Shown here: piece by piece, positions 40,310-51,520 of the stretch
Layout of the letters: the number at the start of each line of letters is the position of its first letter
Numbering within the stretch: the first letter of the stretch is position 1
Assembly (NCBI RefSeq): GCF_036321535.1
Contig: NC_087447.1
Location: 45,386,001 to 45,450,000, forward strand
Origin: Camelus dromedarius
Lineage: Eukaryota
Reading direction: 5' to 3'
DNA: 64,000 bases
The notes under the pieces: model-generated
What the model saw: only the letters and a program-made list of their open reading frames with translations
The model's database searches: none
What the model was told of the DNA's origin: nothing
Translations under genes and position numbers: made by a program

Positions 40310-41724
40310 ATGGTGCATTTCACTGCTGAGGAGAGGCTGCCATTGCTAGCCTGTGGTCCAAGGTGAACGTGGAGGTGGCCAGAGGTGAGCGCCTGGGCAG
40401 GGAAGCACTGGAGGCTGGGGCAGGGCGCAGAAAGGCAGGAAGTGTTCCAGAAAGAAGGACTGGTTAAGTTTCTTACATACCCTGACTCACCATCTGCTCT
40501 GTGACTATGATCATCCCATAGACTCCTGGTCGTCCACCCATGGACCCAGCGTTTCTTTGACAATTTTGGCAACTTATACTCTGAGTCTGCAATAATTGGC
40601 AACCCCAAGATCCAGGCCCATGGCGAGAAGGTGCTGACCTCCTTTGGAAATGCTGTTAAGCACATGGAAGACTTCAAGGGCACTTTTGCTAAGCTGATTG
40701 AGTTGCCCTGTGACAAGTTGCATGTGGATCCTGAGAACTTCAGGGTGAGTTCTAGGCACGTGTGTGCCCTGTTCTCTCCTCCCAGGTATCTGTGTGGTTA
40801 TGGTAGAGAACACAGGTACTTAAAGCTTATCCTTTTGAGGTATTTTTGGGAGGCAATATTTCAGGGAAAGCCTTGATTTTGGCATTTCAGTTGTTCCAAA
40901 GGTCAAAGGTAAGACCAAGTGGAGTAATTACTATGACTAATGAAGGCTACTATTCATCTGATAGCGCTGAAAAAATACATATTGTCAAGAACACTGGCCA
41001 AAACTGAGCTGAATGTTTTGGCCTAGGGAATACAAATTGAGTCAGGGAGAAGTACATCTTGACTTGTGCAACTGAACTTTTCTAAGAAAATTGATGAATA
41101 CATTCATGGTTCCTGAGTTATGAACCAGAACTGTGCAGGGCAAAGTAAAAGAGATTTTTTCATGATTTCCCTATGCCCCCCACCCCCAACCCCAGCAGTC
41201 ATGAGATGTTCTTGTATACAAGGCACTGGATTCCTTGTCAAATGGGTGTCCAACCCATCTGAATGTATGCAATATCTGGGGACTTAAACTACACAATTAA
41301 GAGACCTTACAGTCCTATGATTTTACTTTTAAAAAAAGGAGAGAAGTAGCCCATAGCAATGTTCTGGGGTTGGGTGCTTGCAGGGCAAATGTGGAGAAGA
41401 ATAGAACACAGCGGAGGTTTTTAGCTGAGAGGCACTGAAGCCAATGTCAATTCTATAATGATGCACTTTTGTGGGAGCATGACCGTGAAAGTTGCTCAAA
41501 CTCTTATTAGGAAGGAAACGGATGGTGCATCTATTTGCTGCAAGGCAAGCTTGAGGCCGTTTATTTACTGTGTATTATCTTCTTCTCATCCCCAGCTCCT
41601 AGGCAACATGATATCAATTGTCTTGGCAACACACTTCAACAAGGAATTTACCCCACAGATGCAGGCTGCCTGGCAGAAGGTGACGGATGCTGTGGCTAAT
41701 GCTCTGGCCCACAGGTACCACTAG
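40310..41724 (+). pseudogene. HBH: Eta-globin (HBH; human HBBP1 orthologue) pseudogene, copy 2; exons 40310-40400, 40522-40744, 41596-41724
   Basis: Three-exon embryonic-type globin with eta-like residues (ESAIx[23 protein letters not shown]). A 1-nt deletion in exon 1 (91 nt) gives TGA at 40364-40366. The intron-1 donor is GG (40401-40402). Proximal His92 is changed to Pro (ELPCDKL). Confidence 0.9.
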
Positions 41725-43445
41725 TTGACTGGCCAACTATGTTGGTGCCTGTGTCCCAAGAGTCCATCTCCTGAAGACTGGAGACAATGTCTTGTCTCCA
41801 TACTTAACTCCTTTATAATAAAAATAAAATAAGAAACAATGCTCTATAAGGAACATCCTTGTATTTTCTCTGTCTTTATGTTTTATGTTGATTCAGTTAA
41901 AAGAAAGCACTCCAATGGGAATGGGAATATGGGAGTTTGGAGAGGATATAGAAGAGACTCACAGGATTCTACAGGATAAGAGTGGCTTCGATGGGTAGTT
42001 CTCCTAGGAATGGAAAGTAGACCCTTGAGTTGAACAAGGTCTTTAGAAAAAGGAAGAAAATGGAGTTACTCTTGAGAAATGCAAGATGATTGCTGACAGT
42101 GAGTAGTTAAGACATGAAGTAGGGGACCTCTATAGGCTGTTACTTTTATACACTTAGGGTGGAGTTCTTTTTGGACTATAATTCTCTTCTATTTAATATA
42201 AGAAACATATTTTTAACAGCAATAATGCAGTTATAGCATCTTCAATGCTATTAATGGAGGAACCATCCCTAAGGCTGAACTGAAAGCCTTGGTTTGAATC
42301 TGTACACTACTTGCCAGCTCTGTGACCTGGAACATATTTATTCAATTAAGCCTTTGGTGGAGATAAAAGGCCATTTGTGTGGGAAAATTCAGGAATCAGC
42401 TTGCCAGGTCTAATTGGCACAAGAGAAATTGGCCCTTAAAAAGCAGGAAAAGAAGCTATTATCACAAGTAAAAAGAACCAGTGAGGTTTCTTGTACAAGA
42501 AAGTGACATCATGAATAGGAAATTTTAGGGAAATTGATCCATGTGTGGGCATAGACCTGACAAGGCAGAATCTACTTTGGATGTGGCTGCAGGAATTTGC
42601 TGTGATTACAGTGAAGTGATAGGTAAAGGTCTAAACTTGACAGGAACAATGAACCGAAGGAAAAATCAAGTAAAGGACCATTGTGGCAAAGATGCTTCAG
42701 GACTCGAAACATTGTGAAATAGAGAGTGGAGAGCTCACAGATGATAGCCAGGTTCCCTGTCTGGTGAATGAAAAGAAGAAATCTATTAACAGAACAGAAA
42801 ATGCCTAGAATTCACTTGTGGGCACAGTCACTTTTGTAAAAATCACTTCAAATTTCTGGACCCAAGTCCCTTGCATAGAAGTGAAAAGCCAGGGCTTTGG
42901 GATTAATAAGGATCGAATTATCAACCTATCACCTTAAAAAGTTCAGTTAACATTTTTCAGAATCAATTCCTTTGTTTGTAATATGGGATAATAATTCCTA
43001 ACTCATAAATATGTTCCCAGATTTCAAGGAGACATTTGTAAAGTGTGTTGTCTGTTATTTCTGAAAAGGGAGCAGTAGTGGTTTGTATGATGCACTATGA
43101 TCTATTATTCCTCTGTTCCCTGTTTCATTCTATATTCTTGAACTGATTGCATTATTTCTGCACTTCAGATCTATATGTCTAACTATTTGCTTAATATTTC
43201 ATTTTGGATTGCTCAATAGTGCATAAGCAAAGTATGTCCAAGGCTGACCTCCTGATCTTTTCCTAACTGATTCCTGCTAATTTAGCCTTCTTTTTGTGTT
43301 CCTCATCTTAATGACTATCACATTATCAATTGCTCATTATTAATTGCTCAAGTCTGAAAATGAAGATGGCATTTGTACTTCCCTCCCTACTCCAATATCA
43401 TACTATTTTTCTCTCATTATTCTACCCTCTAAAACAAATTTATAC

Positions 43446-44728
43446 AATTTTTTTTTGAAGTACAGTTGATTTACAATGCTGTGTTAGTTTCAGGTGTATG
43501 GCAAAGTGATTCAGTTTATATATATATATATATATATATTCTTTTTTTCTTTTTCAGATTCTTTTCCATTATAGATTATTATAAGATAATGAATATAGTT
43601 CCCTATGCTATACAGTAGTTCCTTGTTGGCTATTTTATATATAGTAGTGCATATATGTTAATCCTAAACTTCTAGTTTATCCCTCCCTCCTTTCCCCTTT
43701 GCTAACCCTAAGTTTGCTTTCTATGTCTGTGAGTCTATTTCTGTTTTGTAAATAAGTTCATTTGTATCACTTTTTAAGATTCCACATATAAGTGACATCA
43801 TTTGATAGCTGTTTTTCTCTGCCTGACTTACTTCACTTAAAATGATAATTTCTAGGTCCATCCATGTTGCTGAAAATGGCATTATTTCATTCATTTTTTA
43901 TGGCTGGGTAATATTCCATTGTGATATTCCACATCTTTAGCCATTCATCTGTTGATGGACATTTAGTTTGCTTCCATGTCTTGGCTATTGTAAATAGTGC
44001 TGCTATGAACACTGGGGTGCATGTATCTTTTCAAATTAGAGTTTCCTCCTGATATATGTCCAGGAGTGGGATTGCTAGATCATATGGTAAATTTATTTTT
44101 AGTTTTTTAAGGAACCTCAATGCTGTTTCCCATGGTGGATGTACCAATTTACATCCCTACCAACAGTGTATGAGGTTCCTTTATCTCCACACCCTCTCCA
44201 GCATTTATTATTTGCAGACTTTTTGATTATGGCCATTCTGACTGGTGTGAGGTGATACCTCATTGTAGTTTTGATTTCCATTTCTCTAATAATTAGCAAT
44301 ATTGAGCTTCTTTTCATATGCCTGTTGGCCATTTGTATGCTTCCTTTGGAGAAATGTCTATTTAGATCTTCTGCCCATTTTTTGATTGGGTTGGTATTTG
44401 TTTGTTTGTTTTTGATACTGAGCTGTATGAGCTGTTTGTATATTCTGGAAATTAATCCATTGTCGGTCTCATCATTTGCAAATAATTTTTCCCATTTTGT
44501 AGGTTGTCTTTTGTTTTGTTTATGGTTTCATTTGCTGTTCAAAAGCTTTTAAGTTTAATTAGGTCCCATTTGTTTATTTTTTCTTATTTCCATTATGCTG
44601 AGAGATGGATCCAAAAAATACCGCTATGATTTATGCTAAAGAGTGTTCTGTCTATGCTTTCCTCTAGGAGTTTTATAGTATCCGGTGTTACATTTAGGTC
44701 TTTAATGCATTTTGCGCATATTTTTGCA
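43446..44728 (-). mobile_element. LINE-1, 5'-truncated, about 1.3 kb (ORF2 C-terminus plus 3'UTR)
   Basis: Minus-strand peptide MANRHMKR...[27 protein letters not shown] is the L1 ORF2 C-terminal region. Poly-T at 43448-43456. No TSD visible. Confidence 0.92.
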
Positions 44729-44729
44729 C

Positions 44730-45275
44730 TCTGGTATTGAAGAGGTGAATATGTTCACAAACCAAAGAGCAGCGACACACTTCAGGCATCTCTGGCAGCA
44801 AATACTTTCATCACTACAGGCTAAAGCAGCTGACAGAAATGCTACCCAGCATCTTAATCCAGCTTGGCACAGACAGTCTGACCAGTTTAAGGAGACTGCC
44901 TGCACCTCTGCCCAATCAATCTGTGGATGGAAAAACACCACTTGCTACTAGAGAGGATAAGGATTATGAAGTTCCAGATCTTGTGGAGAATTTGATGAGA
45001 TGTCCAAGAGTGAAGCAAACTGACTTGAGTCAACTTCTGAAGAAGATAAAACTTGAAGAAGTTACCAGGGGCTGCTATTTTATATTATGACTGCTTTTTA
45101 ATATTTTGTTTATGAATCTGATAAAATCTAGGTCTCTAATATTTTTTAAGCCCCAGCCCCTGAATATTGCAGCTCTTTTCAGTTTTTGCTTTACACATAA
45201 TTCATTCTTTGGAGCTAATTAAGTGGAAGAAGCCTGGGAATAACATTTGAAACAAAGGTTAACAAAAAAAGAAAA
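44730..45275 (+). pseudogene. BTF3: BTF3 (NAC-beta) processed pseudogene, 5' part missing
   Basis: Frames read [21 protein letters not shown] and [52 protein letters not shown], ending EAN-TGA (45021-45023). It is intronless, is followed by a BTF3-like 3'UTR and an A-rich tail, and has several frameshifting deletions. Confidence 0.92.
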
Positions 45276-45880
45276 TGTTATCTAATGTTGATTTTTCCCT
45301 TATCTCTTCCTTTCAAAGCAAGCAGGATAAAAAGTAGTGTTGCTTCTTCATATGGTTCTAAAGGACAACAATGATGACTTAAGTTCGGAATTAAGGCAGA
45401 AAGGGAGAAACATTTCTAAATATAAATTCAGGCTGATGGTGGGGGACTCACATCAAGAGCAACCTCTGCACTTCGGCGATCGTTCCGCTTATATTTAGGG
45501 GCACAGCTTGGGATGAGACTGAAATACTCTGAGTCCAAGCCGGGTCCCTCTGCTCCCTCTGCTAACCATGCCCTTGCTTCTTATCTCTTCCACACAGCTC
45601 CTGGGCAACGTGCTGGTGGTTGTGCTGGCTCGTCACTTTGGCAAGGAATTCACCCCGGACCTGCAGGCTGCCTATCAGAAGGTGATGGTGGGTGTGGCCA
45701 ATGCCCTGGCCCATAAGTACCACTGAGATCTTGGCTTAGCTCTTGATGACCATGGGAAGATACTATTTCCCTAGATTCTATCTTCTGAACTTGGGGAAGT
45801 CATGTCCATCCTCAGGAGTGTGGCTTCTGTCTGATAAAGAACTTTCAGCTCAGTTCTCTGGTTCATTTCACTTATTTGAT
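45276..45880 (+). pseudogene. HBD: Headless delta-globin remnant: intron-2 3' part, exon 3 (45598-45726, open frame), delta-type 3'UTR
   Basis: Exon 3 encodes [42 protein letters not shown]. The 3'UTR TGAGATC...CTATTTCCCTAGATTCTATCTTCTGAACTTGGG...GGCTTCTG...AAAGAAC..TCAGCTCA matches HBD as recalled and differs from the HBB 3'UTR here. The poly(A) signal is decayed to GATAAA. No promoter, exon 1 or exon 2 seen. Confidence 0.85.
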
Positions 45881-46273
45881 TTGAACATATCTTGCTTTAT
45901 TTTATTTTCCTTCACCATTTTTGAAAGAATGCTAAAACTGAGGTAACCAAGAGATTGTACATCTGGGAGAGAAGAGTAAATAATGACCGTGCTTTACGCA
46001 GAAAAATACAGATTAGATTGCTGAAATGGTCTATTTGGGGAATTTAAAACTGAATATGAGAGCATGTACACAGAAGTTCTAATTGAATGTAATTTTTGCA
46101 ACAAATGACATAACAACGCATCACTGCATAAATGTCCTGATTCTCTTGAAGAAGGTTAATACTTTTCCTCTTAATTATACTCAGACTAGGCACATCCTGG
46201 CATAGAAGGGTAGTGATTAGGTAAAATTGACAGACTGAAGTAAGGGGTAAAAAAGGTCTCTCTCGGGGACTTG

Positions 46274-46275
<2 letters not shown>

Positions 46276-46315
<40 letters not shown>
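46276..46315. repeat. (GT)~20 microsatellite
   Basis: Directly visible. Confidence 0.95.
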
Positions 46316-46317
<2 letters not shown>

Positions 46318-46779
46318 GTGCTCAGTGGGGCTGGAATCAAAGTACAGTAGACATGCTGTGGATCCCTTCACAGAGGACAAGTGAGCTCGCATTGGTGAAG
46401 ATGGCAGTGGGCCCAAGAAGTTTTCCAGAACCTTTGAGTGCTGATCTGGATTTGAGCTCAAGGCTTTGAACATAACCCCATTTGTCACTATTCACTCTTT
46501 CTTATTTTTGCCTAGGATGTCTGAGCTTTTGATGTCTTATTACAATTTGCAGCCTTGTCCCTGCAGGGTTATGGATATTAGGGGAAGCCTGTTTCACTCT
46601 TTAGTCACACTAAGTAGCAACAGTGAAAGTCAGTAGCAACTCTTGTCCTGGGACTCGGATTGTGGTGGCTGCAGCAGTTGTAAGTAAAGACAAGTGACTC
46701 ATAGGCCATTCATGGCAGAGGAAGGCATAAGAAGGATGATAAAATAGGAAAATTTAGGTACACACACACACACATATGC

Positions 46780-47232
46780 ATGCACAATGGAATATTACTT
46801 GGGCATAAAAAAGAATGAAAATTTGCCAGTTGCAACAACATGGATTGATCTGGAGGGTATTATGCTAAGTGAAATTAGTCAGACAGAGAAAGACGAATAC
46901 TGTATGCTGTCACTTATATATGGAATCTAAAAACCAAAATGGACAAATTAATATTAAAAAAAAAACAGAAACTGACATATAGATTTAGAGAACAAAAGGT
47001 TACCACTGGGGAGAGGGAAGTGGGGAGGGACACCTTGGGGTAGGGAATTAAGAGACACAAACTACCATGTATAAGATGGATAAGTAACAAGGATATAGTG
47101 TACAGCACAGGGTATGTAGCCAACATTTCATTATAATTTTAAATGGAGTATGATTTATAAAAATATCGAATCACTATGTTGTACACCCAAAACTAATATG
47201 ATATTGCAGATCACCTATACTTCAATAAATGA
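46780..47232 (+). mobile_element. LINE-1 3' fragment
   Basis: acaatggaatattac...ataaaaaagaatgaaaatttgcc...ggagggtattatgctaagtgaaattagtcagacagagaaagac...ctatacttcaataaa. Confidence 0.85.
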
Positions 47233-48404
47233 ATGAATGAATTAATTAAAATGAAAATAATTTAAGAAAACCATTTCTGAAAACAGGAAATGGCAGGGAA
47301 GTCTTTAAGTAGGTGATCATTTCTGTCATTCAAGACAGCAAAATTGTAGCCTTGACAATTTGCCTCTTTACAGGAAAATACAGTTGTATTCTATATTGTT
47401 ATTTAATAAGGTCTGTGAGTTTTCCATGACACAGGTTTCCTGAAAAGACATGTCCAAACTTCCCCAGAAGCAGTCCTTTCACATACATATTGCTGACCTC
47501 TGATATCAGGGGTGTGAAAACAGGAGCTTGAAAACAGTATGAATGTAAAACAGTGATAAAGCTAATGGAGGTTTAAATTTAATAAAATGAAACTCAAAAC
47601 CTAAAGTTCAGAGTAAACGTGTTTTTTTAGTTAGTTAGTTTTTTTTGTTTTTAACATTTAAAACATTTGAAAGAGCTCTTTTTCCAGAGGTCATCATGTG
47701 GAATTTTGTCCCGGGGATAGACCAATAGTAAGATCTTCTTTGCTTCAGGGTTTTAGAAAAGAATGAATATAAATTGAAAATGTTTAAATTCTTTTTTACC
47801 CATATAATTTTTTATGGGCGTATAATTCTGCCCTAACCTCCAGATAGCCAGACAAGAACCAAACCTTTCCTGCATGTCTGAGAATAATCAGAGAGAATTT
47901 GTTCCAAGGACTTGATGAAGCTTGGGACAAGTAAAAGGGGTGAGGGATCTTTATTTATTAAGCAATGATGGAAAAAATATTTTGGAGAATGGAGCAATGA
48001 AAGTGGGCATTTTATGAATTTCGTTGGAACAACTAGAAATAGCAAAGTCTTTTTCTTCTACTTCACCAAAAAATATTTCAGTTGACATTTCAGAGCATTA
48101 GACCGAAAAGGTTGAGACATTTTTGTTAAATATGTGCTGCCAGTGACGGCAAAGGAGAGAGAGAGGTGATTCCAGACATCGAAGTGTCTGAATCAGAAGA
48201 GCCTAAGGAGAAACACGGTAAGTGAAAAATGTATGGCCCTTTCCTTTCTGAAAGGAAATGGAAATTCAGGAAGGGGAGGAGATGTAGAGGGTAGAGATGA
48301 TAGAAAGTAGAGAAAATAACCAACAGTCCCCCAGGGAGCTCTGAGATCTTATGCTGGCTGATTTGCCCTTTCAATTACATTTTTTTTTTTAAATAATTGA
48401 TAGC

Positions 48405-48636
48405 ATCTTTTTTTTCTATTTAAGTATAGTCAGTTTACAGTGTTGTGTCAATTTCTGATATACAGCATAATGTTTCACTCATACATACACAGACATATTC
48501 GTTTTCAGATTCTTTTTCATTATAGGTTACTATAAGATATTGAATATAGTTCCCTGTGCTATACAGTAGAAACTTGTTACTTATGTTTTTTATATATAGT
48601 AGTTAGTAACTGCAGATTTTGAGCTCCCAATTTATC
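48405..48636 (-). mobile_element. LINE-1 3' fragment
   Basis: Same family as 14808-15120. Confidence 0.75.
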
Positions 48637-48843
48637 AGCAGCAGCAGAATTCTACACTTCAGAAGTTTTTTCCCGCCTAAGAAGTTAACAGGATTCATTA
48701 CATGGGGGAAGAAAATAGGAGAGGGACTACTGGAAAAGCTATATAGAGCGAAGATTAAATTTTAGTAAAAGAAAGTTTAAACAAACAAAAATATAGAGAG
48801 AAAATAGGATTATGGGTGACAAATTTAAATAAAAGAAATTATA

Positions 48844-48938
48844 TATATGTCCATGAATAACTGAAAAATTGTGCTGAACACTGGAATTTGACACAACATT
48901 GTAAAATGATTATAAATCAATAAAAAATGTTAAAAAAA
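48844..48938 (+). mobile_element. Very short young LINE-1 3' end with poly(A)
   Basis: ...gaataactgaaaaattgtgctgaacactggaatttgacacaacattgtaaaatgattataaatcaataaaaaatgttaaaaaa; TSD AAAAGAAATTATA at 48831-48843 and 48939-48951. Confidence 0.75.
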
Positions 48939-49929
48939 AAAAGAAATTATAACAAACACAGCATTCTTAGCGACCTCAGGGAGAAAAAGAAATAATCTGA
49001 GGCAAAGCTGGAATGCCTTTCCACATTTCTACCCCTCATTTTAAATCACAGAGAAAATTCTAAGCTCTCCCAGACCCTTTCCCAGGTCAGTCCAGGAAGA
49101 AACATGTTCTATGTCCCTGGTTAGCCTTTGAAAACACTGCTTCCCTCGATGTCACTAAAAATCGGGTTTTTAGTATTTTAGTATTTGATTTTTACTTATT
49201 TGTATTTCTTACTACATTGAGAGAGTGTTTTTAATCTGTGGATCCCCACATGGAATGGAGTAACTATTTCACAGGACACTCTTGATTCATATTTATTCTA
49301 CTTTTCTATCGTCATTTATTTGGTCATATGACTAAGTTTAAGAAAAAAATGAATGAATAAGTGAATGAATGCATGAATATTTGTTTTCTTATAAGGAGGA
49401 TTTAATCCAAGCCAAGAGTCTATACATACTTAGAACTGAGGCACAGGCTTTATTCATGCTGTCCTTGTGATTATTTCATGTTTTCTCAAGGCACAGGAGA
49501 CAATTTCATATCGTCTTTATTTTTGTTTTGTTTTGTTTCTGTTTTTTCTGTCTTTTAATTATTTTTTATTCTTACATTTTTAGAGATGTGTAGTCAATTT
49601 ACAATGTCAGTTTCAGGTGTACAGCAAAGTGATTCAGTTATATATATACCAACCCATCCGTATAGTCTTAAGTTGAACCACAGGGGGGCAAATCCCTTCC
49701 GCTTTCTGGACCTTGGATTCTTCATTTGTGTATTAAGAAAATTAAGGAGCCAGTCTCTAAGAGATTACCAAACTGTGATTCTAAAAATTGTACAAGTCAA
49801 GTTGCCAAGGAAGATGATTTTCGTAGTAAGTGGTATTGCTGGGATGGGACCTGAAGATACGCACAGAGGGGGCTGAATGTCTGAGGTCAGTGCCAGGAAT
49901 GCCAAGGCAGGGTATGACTGTCATCCTTC

Positions 49930-50020
49930 AAGCCTCATCCTTCGGAACCACACCCTGGCCTGAGCCAATCTGCTCCCAGAAGCAGGGCGGGCAGGAGGCA
50001 GGGCTGGGCATAAAAGGAAG
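49930..50020 (+). promoter_or_regulatory. HBB: Adult beta-globin promoter
   Basis: KLF1 site CCACACCC at 49948-49955, CCAAT at 49965-49969, AGGGC direct-repeat element, CATAAAA at 50009-50015. The distal CACCC reads CATCC. Cap site near 50041 (ACACTTGCTTCTGACAC). Confidence 0.92.
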
Positions 50021-50092
50021 AGCAGGTCCAGCTGCTGCTTACACTTGCTTCTGACACAACCGTGTTCACTAGCAACCACACAAACAGACACC

Positions 50093-51413
50093 ATGGTGCA
50101 TTTGTCTGGTGACGAGAAGAATGCAGTCCATGGCCTGTGGAGCAAGGTGAAGGTGGACGAAGTTGGCGGTGAGGCCCTGGGCAGGTTGGTATCCAGCTTA
50201 CGAGGTAGGCTTAAGGAGAGGGACTGGAAGCTGAGCATGTGGAGACAGAGCAGTCCCCGGAGTTTCTGACAGGCACTGACTCCCTCCGTCCCCTGGGCTG
50301 TTTCACCCCTTAGGCTGCTGGTTGTCTACCCCTGGACTCGGAGGTTCTTTGAGTCCTTTGGGGACCTGTCCACTGCTGATGCTGTCATGAACAACCCTAA
50401 AGTGAAGGCCCATGGCAGTAAGGTGCTAAACTCCTTTGGTGATGGCCTGAATCATCTCGACAACCTCAAGGGCACCTATGCTAAGCTGAGCGAGCTGCAC
50501 TGTGACAAGCTGCACGTGGACCCTGAGAACTTTAGGGTGAGTCCATGGGACCCTCAATGTTCCCCTTCTTCCCCTTTTTTATGGTCCAGCTCGTGTCACG
50601 GGGGAGGGCTGAATGGCAGGATGCAGTTCAGAATGGAAAAGAGATATTCTGGTAATATCACTGTGGGCTCCTCAGAACCATCTGGTTTCTTTTACCCTCT
50701 TTGCTCAACATCGTTTCCTCTTGTTCATTTTTTTTTTCCCCTCAAGGTAGCAGGGGAGGTAATTGGTTTATTTATTTTTTTTTAATGGAGGTACAGGGAA
50801 TTGAACCCAGAACCTTTTACACGTACTCTACCACTGAGCTACACCCTCCCCCACCTCATTCATTCTTGTTTTCCTGTTTGTTCTCTGCAATGTCTTCTTT
50901 CTTTTTAAAATTAAACTTTTTGAGTGTTTAATTAAAAAAACCTTCTTTTAATCCACTTCAGGAATGTTACTGAACAGTTTCCTCCCTTATCTCTTCCTTT
51001 CAAAGCAAGCAGGATAAAAAGTAGTGTTGCTTCTTCACATGGTTCTAAAGGACAACAATGATGACTTAAGTTCGGAATTAAGGCAGAAAGGGAGAAACAT
51101 TTCTAAATATAAATTCAGGCTGATGGTGGGGGACTCACATCAAGAGCAACCTCTGCACTTCGGCGATCGTTCCGCTTATATTTAGGGGCACAGCTTGGGA
51201 TGAGACTGAAATACTCTGAGTCCAAGCCGGGTCCCTCTGCTCCCTCTGCTAACCACGCCCTTGCTTCTTATCTCTTCCACACAGCTCCTGGGCAACGTGC
51301 TGGTGGTTGTGCTGGCTCGTCACTTTGGCAAGGAATTCACCCCGGACCTGCAGGCTGCCTATCAGAAGGTGGTGGCGGGTGTGGCCAATGCCCTGGCCCA
51401 CAGATACCACTAA
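50093..51413 (+). CDS. HBB: Hemoglobin subunit beta, intact; coding exons 50093-50184, 50314-50536, 51285-51413
   Basis: 92/223/129-nt exons with GT-AG introns. Protein [147 protein letters not shown], recognised as the camel beta chain. Confidence 0.98.
50728..50852 (-). mobile_element. vic-1-type SINE in HBB intron 2
   Basis: ggggaggtaattggttt...atggaggtacagggaattgaacccagaacc...ctctaccactgagctacaccctcccc. Confidence 0.85.
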
Positions 51414-51514
51414 GCTTCCTTTCCTGATTTCCATGAAGGGCTTACTTGTCCTCAGAGCCCAAAAACTGAATCTGGAAAAACTTATGAAGAATTTTGAGCA
51501 TCTGGCCTCTGTCT

Positions 51515-51520
51515 AATAAA
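51515..51520 (+). terminator. HBB: HBB polyadenylation signal
   Basis: AATAAA followed by AACATTTATTTTCATTGC, the conserved HBB 3' end. Confidence 0.92.

Noticed and set aside
40288..40813. Antisense ORFs over globin exons (also at 30499-30943, 33711-33917 and 49921-50238)
   Set aside because: Shadow frames of globin coding sequence with no independent signals
49933..49941. Distal CACCC of the HBB promoter reads CATCC, reminiscent of mild human thalassaemia promoter alleles
   Set aside because: The distal box is variable among mammals and the proximal KLF1 site is intact; no evidence of an effect
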